From: Marinicella sp.
GTDB lineage: Bacteria > Pseudomonadota > Gammaproteobacteria > Xanthomonadales > Marinicellaceae
Length of the DNA stretch: 64,000 nucleotides
NCBI GenBank assembly: GCA_965230295.1
Contig: OZ246001.1
Coordinates: forward strand, 3,648,001 to 3,712,000
Direction of reading: 5' to 3'
The translations under genes were made by a program, and so were the position numbers. Every line of letters starts with the position of its first letter. Position 1 is the first letter of the stretch. Below, one piece after another: positions 50,604-59,043 of the stretch. The notes beneath the pieces were generated by a model that worked only from the letters and a program-made list of their open reading frames with translations, was not told the DNA's origin and ran no database searches.

Positions 50604-51076
50604 ATGATTAAAAATCTGGTGCTGCAGGATTTGTACTACACACTGCGCAGAGCTCGTGGGGTTGGTGGTGTTTTTTTCCGCTTTTTGGCTGTGAATTTTT
50701 TCTAAATTTGGACAAGTCAATACCCAATAGTAGCCATGATGCTGTCCTGGTTGTTTGATGCAAAAACAGCCCAAGCCTTATTCATTGGCTGCCATCCGGC
50801 TTTTTCACTGTTTTATCTGGTGTCGATCAACACCGCACCTTTATTTGTGTTGTTTGCAGTCAGTGACCAAACAACCAATGGCATTTGCAGTAAATACTTA
50901 CGCTTTTTGTTGCCCGTTGTTGTCAATGCATTGAAATATACATTGGCCGATTCTGGGGTTGTGTCTTGTTGGTCTGGGCAGCCTATATCGCGATCAGTCT
51001 GATTGCTGCGCTGTGGGTGGTGGTGTCATTGATGATTTATACCATACCATTCATTTCAAAAAACCAGATCGATTGA
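50604..51076 (+). pseudogene. Degraded ABC-2-type permease-like pseudogene
   Basis: Frame-switched pieces MIKNLVLQDL..., PLFVLFAVSDQTTNG and HLQ*ILTLFVAR...IYIGRFWG..., resembling the ExxxGTxxxLLxxPxxRxxIxxGKF permease motif. Confidence 0.45.
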
Positions 51077-51431
51077 TGTTTTTGACTTCAATGGCTGTGA
51101 TTTTCTTAAAAATTATAGTTTTTCAGGCTTTTGAATCGCAAATGAAAAGTTGGCACTTTATGCAACTATGTGGTCACTGGTCCAAAAATGAATGAATTTC
51201 TCAATTTGTGTTAATTTGGGTGTTAAACCTCTATAAATCATTGAATCATATTGCTTTTTCAAACTCACTCCTGGATTTACCGCTCTTAGCACATTTCTTG
51301 GGTTGTGCGTTCAAGAAAAAGAACATCAGGATTATATCAGAATTAAATCAGGGCTTTGTTGTGATGTTCATTGACAATGAACAGCCATGCAATATCAAAC
51401 TAATGAAATAACAAAACAGGAGAGATTAGAA

Positions 51432-53309
51432 ATGAAAAAAATATTGATTGCCGGAATGATTTTGGCAGGAAGCGTTTCAGCTAATGCCACAAATTTTTCA
51501 AATTTAGAAGAACATACAATACATGGCATGTTGGCTATGCAAGAAGCCAATAATAAAGTTTCCAGTGGAGATGTTGCTACAGTTGGTCCAGTTAACTCTT
51601 CTTGTGATTATAACTTTGGTACAAACAGGATTCAGGACGCCATTGATTCAGGAGTCCCGGAAGTCAGAATTGCAGATGGTACTTATTTTGAAAACTTAAT
51701 CATCGAAGACATCAGTGTTACCATCAAGGGTGGTTATGACAATTGTTCTGATGCAGCCAGTGATATCTCAAACAACACGCTTCAGGTGATCAGAGGTGAT
51801 TCTACATCAGGTTTTCCAGTCATTCGAATCCTGGGGAGCAGTCAAAGAAATGTTGTGAATATAAGTGGACTAAACTTGACTGATGGTAATGGAACTACCT
51901 TTGTTTCAGGCGGAGGCATTTCAGCGTATTTAGCCGACGTAGAATTGAATATTGAAAAATCCTGGCTCAAGGGCAACACTGGGATTATAGGCGGAGGACT
52001 GGCAGTTGTCGAAGGTGACACCGATGTGACCTTGTCAGATGTCTGGATCGACAACAACAGCGCTACCGAAGGTGGCGGTATTTACTGCAAAGGCTCAGAT
52101 GCCTCAGTTCTTGTAAGTGATTCAGGTGATCAACACAATTCTGGGATATCAGGTAACACGGCAACCGCTGGTAATGGTGGTGGTGTATTGTTGATTGACG
52201 GTTGTCTAATGACCAGCTACAGCGGCACCTCAAGTGGGGGCCTGGATTATCGTGGCATTTCTGATAACCAAGCCACTGGAAATGGAGGCGGTATTGCAGT
52301 AACTGGTGGTTCTATACTCAACCTGCATGGTGCAGAATTTTGTGACTTTGATTGTATTGGTAACAATGACAACCCCGTTAATGTCAGTCGCAACATTGCT
52401 AATTCTGATGGAATCGGCACAGGATTAGAAATAGGTGGAGGAATTTATATCCAAGATGTCGAGAGTGTCGCCAACCTCAATAACGTCTTGATCCAGAACA
52501 ATGAAACCAACAGCAGCCACGGCGGTGGTATTGGAATCAAATCCGGTACTGTTACAGTAAACTCTGTATTCAATAACACGGTTTTTCAAGTTGATTGTTG
52601 GAGCCCAGGTTCATGCAGCCAAATTGATGGCAACTATGCTCACGTCGGTGGTGCAATATATGCTGAATCAAACAGTACAGTTAACATATACCGTACTGTG
52701 ATAATGAACAACAGAGCCAATGTGGGTACAGCAATTTATGCTGAGGGCAGCAATACAGTGATCGATACTGAAAGTTCTTTAATAGCCAACAATGGCGCTT
52801 TTGGCGTTGGTGGATTTTCTGACAACAATGCCATACGCCTGTTCGTAGGACCCAGTGCCACTTTTGATTTCACAACCATTGCAGATAATTCTTTGACCGA
52901 TGAAGTGATTGACAACTTAGCAAGTACAATCAATGTCGGGTCTTCTATCATCCATGAATCCAATGGCTTGACTATCTATAATTCATCTTCCACAATGGGT
53001 GAAACTTTTCACTGTACCATGGTACATGATTTAACAGGTGTTCCTTCAGGTGTCACAGGTTCCTATAATGAAGCAAATGATCCAGAATTTGTTGATCGTT
53101 TGAATGGTAATTTCAGAATCAACGCTTCATTATCTCCAGCAGTTGATTACTGTCACAGTACGGTAACTCCACCAAGTTTTGGCGATATCGATGATGAACA
53201 GCGGGGGCTTGATGATCCTATATCCGATAATGGTCCGGGTCCTTTTGACATTGGTTTCGATGAAACTTATGCCAATGAAATTATTTTTGCTGACGGTTTT
53301 AATAGGTGA
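51432..53309 (+). CDS. Secreted parallel beta-helix protein with a choice-of-anchor Q-like domain and C-terminal EIIFADGF tail
   Basis: Signal peptide; IQDAID; repeated N.A..GGG(I/V); DPEFVD..GNFRI..SPAVD...DIG..E. Confidence 0.8.
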   Translation: MKKILIAGMILAGSVSANATNFSNLEEHTIHGMLAMQEANNKVSSGDVATVGPVNSSCDYNFGTNRIQDAIDSGVPEVRIADGTYFENLIIEDISVTIKGGYDNCSDAASDISNNTLQVIRGDSTSGFPVIRILGSSQRNVVNISGLNLTDGNGTTFVSGGGISAYLADVELNIEKSWLKGNTGIIGGGLAVVEGDTDVTLSDVWIDNNSATEGGGIYCKGSDASVLVSDSGDQHNSGISGNTATAGNGGGVLLIDGCLMTSYSGTSSGGLDYRGISDNQATGNGGGIAVTGGSILNLHGAEFCDFDCIGNNDNPVNVSRNIANSDGIGTGLEIGGGIYIQDVESVANLNNVLIQNNETNSSHGGGIGIKSGTVTVNSVFNNTVFQVDCWSPGSCSQIDGNYAHVGGAIYAESNSTVNIYRTVIMNNRANVGTAIYAEGSNTVIDTESSLIANNGAFGVGGFSDNNAIRLFVGPSATFDFTTIADNSLTDEVIDNLASTINVGSSIIHESNGLTIYNSSSTMGETFHCTMVHDLTGVPSGVTGSYNEANDPEFVDRLNGNFRINASLSPAVDYCHSTVTPPSFGDIDDEQRGLDDPISDNGPGPFDIGFDETYANEIIFADGFNR

Positions 53310-53329
53310 CCATTGATTTAAAATGATCC

Positions 53330-53360
53330 AAAAGCCTCGTAATCGTAATACGGGGCTTTT
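53330..53360 (+). terminator. Intrinsic terminator
   Basis: aaaagcctcgta/tacggggctttt hairpin with T tract. Confidence 0.75.
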
Positions 53361-53551
53361 CATTCTTAAATCAAAAGTCCTATCAGGAAAAAGGGGATCA
53401 GCAACAGCTCATGAACATTTTCCATGAGGTGGAGGGTTGACCAACATTAGTGAAAAATTACACAAAAACTGAGATATGGTACTGATATCAATAGAAATAT
53501 TCCAAATTGTCTGGCTTCATTCTACTTTCAACCCAACTGTCTAATATGGAA

Positions 53552-53603
53552 ATCTATATAGATATGCATGTGAAAACTATATAGTTTTAAAATCAATAAC
53601 TTA
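53552..53603. promoter_or_regulatory. Two CTATATAG-core palindromes and an IHF consensus site
   Basis: atctatatagat at 53552-53563, aaaactatatagtttt at 53573-53588, and AATCAATAACTTA at 53591-53603 (fits WATCAANNNNTTR). Confidence 0.45.
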
Positions 53604-53691
53604 AAAGATTTACTTTAATACTTGATTAAGTAAAATTGTTAGAGCAAAAGATAAATTAAATTACTCAAAATGGTAAATCCACTCACTTGGA

Positions 53692-54117
53692 TTGATGAAT
53701 TACTTAGATAAAAAAGCTCCGGGCATAGCACCAGAAACAGTCAAAAGATCACTAGGCCTTCATGACTGCCAATATAGATATTTGAGTGATATTGTATTCC
53801 CGAATAGAGGAAAACTTCATTATTCAATATACGAATTATTCATCCTAGAATTAACTAATCACCTAAAAAACAAGGGAAGACCAGTTGTTGAAATTGGATT
53901 AATTAACTGGGAGTTATTTTCTGAAAAGATGAAGAAGAATGGGATCTTCAATTACCTAGGCCTACATCTTATAGTTGGCTATACTAATGAACGCCTTGCC
54001 GAGTATGATAAATTGTCAGATATTAAGTCAAGGGGAAAGAAATCTGATTATCTAAATTTGAATAAGTTTCTAGTTCCATTTATTGACTCATTGTCTAATC
54101 CGCTCAATAAGGGGTAA
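53692..54117 (+). CDS. Hypothetical protein, possibly a MerR/excisionase-like winged HTH
   Basis: SLGL...YRYL...FPNRG...YS..EL pattern is weakly MerR-like. Confidence 0.45.
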   Translation: MMNYLDKKAPGIAPETVKRSLGLHDCQYRYLSDIVFPNRGKLHYSIYELFILELTNHLKNKGRPVVEIGLINWELFSEKMKKNGIFNYLGLHLIVGYTNERLAEYDKLSDIKSRGKKSDYLNLNKFLVPFIDSLSNPLNKG

Positions 54118-54263
54118 TGACCACATAGCTGCAAAAACGGACATTTGTTTACTTCTTTAAACTTGACTTCATGTCAAAATAGATTTCAAAGAATTTATTA
54201 AAATCTCTGACTATTCAAATTTCAGTAAGTAATTAAGTTTCAATAGCAGTGAAGCCTATATTA

Positions 54264-56630
54264 TCATTCACACACATGTCCTTGAATTTCAGTTAAACGT
54301 GTCATGTTTAACTCACCATTTTGAAATTCGTTTGAGTTATCAGGCATATACTCAAAGGAAATGTTGTTATTATCTAAATAAGTTAATGAAAGGCTGCCCC
54401 ATTGGCTATTAATCAAGTCTTCAGGGTCAAAGGACCAACCATCATTCGCCAGTGGGTCAAAAAAGGAAGCTCCATTAAACTGGTTTAATTCGATCATAGC
54501 CATGTTATTGGCACTTAAAATTCCAGAGCCAACTAACCAAAATTGTTGACCATCATGATTAACAAACCATGCCACATTGATTTGATCTTGCTGATTGTTA
54601 TCAGTCATGTGAATAAACAAACCATGCCCTGATTGATCAGGATTATAAAAAGAACCGCTGTAGCAACCTTTTTGTAAATCAGATATTTCAGATAATTGTA
54701 TTAACTCAATTGAACCTGTTCCAAATTCAGAAGCATTGGCAGACCAATTCAAGTTCATTGAATTAGCCGTTTCAAAGTCTAATGTTGCCTGTCCCCATTG
54801 GGTCAAATTGACATCTTGGGTGTTAAAATCAGGGGGAAAATTTGTACCATCTGCAATATGCAGATCAATGGATATTGGTTGACCTTCAATGATTTCTCCA
54901 ACTCCTCCCACCCAAACAGGATTTGAATCATGGTGCGTAAACCAATACATATTCAAACGATCATTTTCGTTTTGAGAACCATTCAGCTTTTCCAAGAAAA
55001 TTCCGTGGCCTGGAGTTTCGCTGTTATACCAAGAACCCGAAATGTTTTCTAAGCTCACATAATTTTCAAAATGGAACTTTGACAAATCATAACTATTTAC
55101 TTCATCATTTCCTCTAAAGAAGTACTGATCTTCAATCATCACCAGGGATCCCATGTTACCTTTGTCTGTTAGGTTTTTAATAAAATGAAAAGAATTATCA
55201 TCACCGCTCATAAACCATAGTTCATCAGGACTGTCTACGGGCCTCATTAAAGAAATACGATAATATCGTTTGATGAAAAAAGCATCTTTCTCATTTAACA
55301 TGTTAAATTCACTGATCCTATCGTACTCACCGCCAGTAAATAGCAGTGTTGCAGGGGTTGTTTTATCTTTTAATTCCCATATTTCTGGCTCCCCTTCTGA
55401 GTTGTTTACCCAAAATAATATTCTGTCATCGTTCATATCCATGATCTCTAACTTAAGGTCAAAACGGTATCCGTTTGGGGAATCATCTGCAGTAGAATTA
55501 TCTGGCAAAAGAAGCAGTGAAGAATGCATCATTGTGGATTCAGCTGTTCCCTCAGTGGTCCATAGCTTGCGTCCATTTACACCATCTATTGCGGTAAAAA
55601 ACATTGTGTCTTTATAGAAGAAGAAATTTGCTGGATATGACCCAGCACCTGGTTCAGTGTCATTGATGTCTTTCAATAAAATGGTGCCTCCATTTGACCC
55701 GTCTGTTACCCAAATTTCCCAGCCGCTTTGTTCATCTGTGGCCACAAAATACAACAGATTGTTATGGACAATGTAGTGATAGTCATCATGTACTGGAGAC
55801 TCGGTGATTGGCCCGATTGATTTTACAAATGAAGTTCCACTTGCTATGCCATCCGTTTTCCAAAGCTCGACAACCCGATCTACATTTTCAAATGTAAAGT
55901 AAACTTCATTATTAAATACTATGTTATTAAGATTGATTGAAGACCAAGAATGCCCTTGTAAATCAAAGAAAGGCTTGGTGCCCTCAATTGTTCCATCTGT
56001 GGACCAAAGCATCTTATTCTCACCGTTTGAAGTCATGAATATTAAACTGCCATTTAATTCTGCCATGTAGCTTATATTTATTTCATAGTTGGTTAAAATG
56101 AAAGTTCCAGCATTTGACCCATCAGATACCCACAGAGAAAAACCTGACGAGGTCCTTGTTGTAAATAGCAATTTGTCATTGAATATTCGATAATTTGCAA
56201 TATTAACCCAAAAATAATCTTCTGGCTCAAATAGTCTTTTTACCATCGCAGTACCTGAGGCTGTACCATCAGTCTTCCATAATTGCCCACCAATGGATTG
56301 TGAAACACGATCATAGAAAATTTGATTATTAAATATGACTCTATCACTGAATTCTGGACTCCTAATAGAAGCCACAATTTTGTTACTATCATTCAATACT
56401 TGGACTGTATCATTTGTTACATTTGACTTCCAAAGTGTCCCATTAAATTCAGTCCAATAAACTTCATCATTTAGCTTGAACAGTAATTTGGGAAAAGTGT
56501 TTTCAACTACTGTTGATTGATTAATATTTGGTATGTTTTGATTTTCAGAATTATCAGCTTCAAAATAATGATTCTCGGGTATTGAAGCATCAATTAATGA
56601 TGAGAATAGAAATAAAATTATTGTTTTCAT
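54264..56630 (-). CDS. ELWxxDGT-repeat beta-propeller protein with a duplicated C-terminal beta domain
   Basis: QLWKTDGT, LWVSDGS, ELWKTDG, EIWVTDGS repeats; two SGS(W/F)YN...GHG(I/L)F units. Confidence 0.88.
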   Translation of the reverse strand: MKTIILFLFSSLIDASIPENHYFEADNSENQNIPNINQSTVVENTFPKLLFKLNDEVYWTEFNGTLWKSNVTNDTVQVLNDSNKIVASIRSPEFSDRVIFNNQIFYDRVSQSIGGQLWKTDGTASGTAMVKRLFEPEDYFWVNIANYRIFNDKLLFTTRTSSGFSLWVSDGSNAGTFILTNYEINISYMAELNGSLIFMTSNGENKMLWSTDGTIEGTKPFFDLQGHSWSSINLNNIVFNNEVYFTFENVDRVVELWKTDGIASGTSFVKSIGPITESPVHDDYHYIVHNNLLYFVATDEQSGWEIWVTDGSNGGTILLKDINDTEPGAGSYPANFFFYKDTMFFTAIDGVNGRKLWTTEGTAESTMMHSSLLLLPDNSTADDSPNGYRFDLKLEIMDMNDDRILFWVNNSEGEPEIWELKDKTTPATLLFTGGEYDRISEFNMLNEKDAFFIKRYYRISLMRPVDSPDELWFMSGDDNSFHFIKNLTDKGNMGSLVMIEDQYFFRGNDEVNSYDLSKFHFENYVSLENISGSWYNSETPGHGIFLEKLNGSQNENDRLNMYWFTHHDSNPVWVGGVGEIIEGQPISIDLHIADGTNFPPDFNTQDVNLTQWGQATLDFETANSMNLNWSANASEFGTGSIELIQLSEISDLQKGCYSGSFYNPDQSGHGLFIHMTDNNQQDQINVAWFVNHDGQQFWLVGSGILSANNMAMIELNQFNGASFFDPLANDGWSFDPEDLINSQWGSLSLTYLDNNNISFEYMPDNSNEFQNGELNMTRLTEIQGHVCE

Positions 56631-56774
56631 TTGGTGCTTTTAAATTGTTTGAACAAATTGAATTCACCCCTTTTGATCTCAATATATTATTCGATCATCT
56701 CATTCTAAATTGTTTCTTTTTGTATTTAATATGTAGGATTGTGTAATGATTAACTTTGAACCAGTAATCACGAA

Positions 56775-56852
56775 CTATGTATTCTCTTTCAATACTTTTT
56801 GAACTGTTCCGGTTCCAATACTAAGTTGCTTTGCTATTTTAATCATGCCCAT
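56775..56852 (-). pseudogene. C-terminal HTH remnant of a resolvase/serine recombinase
   Basis: Translates to MGMIKIAKQLSIGTGTVQKVLKENT*. Confidence 0.55.
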
Positions 56853-56854
56853 AG

Positions 56855-57102
56855 CAAGTTCGCATTGATCCCTTTGCGACGGCACAGAGCTGATATGCTG
56901 TCCTCGCCACGCAGCCCTTCGATCACTATGCGAATTTTATCTTCGGCTGAATAATGTTTGCGCGTACGACGACGGATGTCTCGTACGGTTTTTCTGCTTT
57001 GGTTTTCTTCATTGTTTACTCCAGTATTTAAAGTTTACAATGAACCGAAACTATCTCTTAGTGATTTGGCCTATTTGGTCCATATGGTGCTGACGGGATA
57101 CA
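56855..57102 (-). mobile_element. IS3-family insertion sequence remnant (left end and truncated, frameshifted orfA)
   Basis: ATG 57012: MKKTKAEK, then a frameshift to VRDIRRRTRKHYSAEDKIRIVIEGLRGEDSISALCRRKGINANL. A probable 5'-TG end at 57102 abuts the truncated MBL gene. Confidence 0.8.
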
Positions 57103-57706
57103 GATGAAGACCATATCAGCGACCTACCCAATATTAGGAGAGTTATAAATATATCTATTCGCAATAGATCAATAACCTATGAACAGCTTCGAACTATAAA
57201 GCTACAATCAGGCCCTATTTCTAACGCAATGACATCAATGCTTGATATGCATAGCAATTACATTCATCCAATGCCTACACCAGCCCCTGAGTTCCCTAGA
57301 GTAAGTATAAACTATTACTACAACTCATACGGCACAGCCTATCCTGATAGTAACAATATCAGCTTAGTAACATTTGTAACTTGTGGTGACACAAAATTTA
57401 TAATACCTGGTGATGTTAAAAAATAAAGGATGGCAAGGCTTGCTTAGGCAGCCTGGTTTTATTGCTGACTTAAATGATGTGTCAGTTTTTATTGCATCAC
57501 ATCATGGCCGTGAGTCTGGCTACTGCCGAGATGTGTTCGACTATTGCTCACCAGATGTAATTGTTTTTTCTGATAGTAATATTCAACATGCCACCCAAGA
57601 AATGAGTTCAACATATGCTAATTATGCTAGTGGCATGGACTTTGATGGAACAACAAGGTACGTTGTTTCAACTCGAAACGATGGTGACTTATATTGGGAT
57701 AGATAG
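57103..57706 (+). pseudogene. ComEC/Rec2-like metallo-beta-lactamase-fold hydrolase pseudogene (5' truncated, frameshifted)
   Basis: DEDH at the IS junction, NNISLV, PGD, a poly-A frameshift near 57420, ASHHG and STRNDG. Confidence 0.7.
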
Positions 57707-58129
57707 ATTTGTCATCACTCAAAATGGTAAGGCCTGAGTTTTCTAAACACACTTTTGTCTCGCTTATTCAAAAAGAGGGCATACATGATGACTTTGATTT
57801 TTATGAATCGCCAGATGACTTCTATACAGAAATATGGACCAACTTATCTGGTTTGAAAATGGCTTTATGAACGGTTTTTCCGACATTAAATAAACAAAAA
57901 TACATCTAACCTTAGGAAATAATAATTAATATCTTTCAGCAAAAACGGATTAATGCAATTTATTACGTTTTAAACCTAACAACTATTAATCAAACCGTGA
58001 CTTTTGGTAAGACTCCGCCCGCAGATCCATTAATGTATAATTTTCCTCATTTATATCGATTGATTTAATTTATAGCATCAAACATGTTATAAATGTCTTT
58101 TATTTAAGTTTATGTGCGGGCGGATAAGT

Positions 58130-59041
58130 ATGTTCAGAGTGTTTTGGTTCAGTTTTCTTTTTTCATTGCTGTTAATTTTAGTGGCTTGTGCTCCAACAGA
58201 ACAAAAATCTAAGCCAACCAAAGATGAACCCATTGTAGAACAGCCTTCAGAAACAGAGCTAGTAGATCCTGAGCCAGTAGAACCTGAACCAGTAGAACCT
58301 GAACCAGTAGAACCTGAACCAGTAGAACCTGAACCAGTAGAACCTGAACCAGTAGAACCTGAACCAGTAGAACCTGAACCAGTGGAGGCTGAAGCGGTAA
58401 AGCCTAGACCAGTAAAGCCAGAGCCAATGCAAGTGGGAACACACACTCTGAGAGGCAGTGTTGTATTGGATCAATCTAAGCTGAAGCGAAAGAATGCAGT
58501 TGTTGAGAATACAGTTGTTTATTTTGTGCCCGATTCCCTGGTGTCAAAACCGGTTCCCATGAAAGCAGAAATCAGCACTCAAAACAAGCGATTCAAACCA
58601 AACGTATTGGCAGTGACCGTTGGCAGTGAGGTGCTGTTTCCCAATATGGACCGGATACTACACAACGTTTTTTCTGTGACGCCAGCGAGTGAATTTGACC
58701 TGGGCCTGTATTCAGCAGGTACTACCCGTTCTGTTACTTTCAATGAACCAGGAATTATTTATGTTCACTGCAACGTGCATCATGCCATGCAAGCCGATCT
58801 CTTGGTTTTGGACACACCACATTTTGTTCAGGTAGATGATCAAGGGCGTTTTGAGTTATCGAATTTGCCTTCAACAGCAGGCACATTAAACTTTTGGCAC
58901 CCTCGTGCCCCTTTAGTCAATTTACGAGTCGATGCAGATACCGATGGAGAAGTGCAAAAACAAACCATTCAAGTGACACGTGTAAAAGTACCCAAACACA
59001 CCAATAAATTTGGCGAATCATATCGACCTACGAGAGATTAA
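58130..59041 (+). CDS. Cupredoxin-domain lipoprotein (methylamine utilization MauL-like) with a Pro/Glu-rich linker
   Basis: Lipobox LVAC; FPNMDRILHNVFS, FDLGLY, CNVHHAM type-1 Cu ligands; WHPR. Confidence 0.85.
   Translation: MFRVFWFSFLFSLLLILVACAPTEQKSKPTKDEPIVEQPSETELVDPEPVEPEPVEPEPVEPEPVEPEPVEPEPVEPEPVEPEPVEAEAVKPRPVKPEPMQVGTHTLRGSVVLDQSKLKRKNAVVENTVVYFVPDSLVSKPVPMKAEISTQNKRFKPNVLAVTVGSEVLFPNMDRILHNVFSVTPASEFDLGLYSAGTTRSVTFNEPGIIYVHCNVHHAMQADLLVLDTPHFVQVDDQGRFELSNLPSTAGTLNFWHPRAPLVNLRVDADTDGEVQKQTIQVTRVKVPKHTNKFGESYRPTRD
58262..58426 (+). repeat. 15 bp coding minisatellite (VEPEP)n
   Basis: Seven perfect gtagaacctgaacca copies at 58277-58381 plus four degenerate flanking copies. Confidence 0.95.
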
Positions 59042-59043
59042 TA

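Noticed and set aside
58008-58030. gactccgcccgcagatcca as a tRNA/tmRNA 3' att remnant
   Set aside because: It lacks the TTCGA T-loop and I found no matching direct repeat in the window.
58262-58426. Repeat array as a possible CRISPR
   Set aside because: Head-to-tail 15-mers with no spacers, in frame within a CDS, and no cas genes.
58087-58474. Minus-strand ORFs with (GSTGS)n and (WFRFY)n repeats
   Set aside because: They are antisense shadows of the VEPEP minisatellite in the cupredoxin gene.
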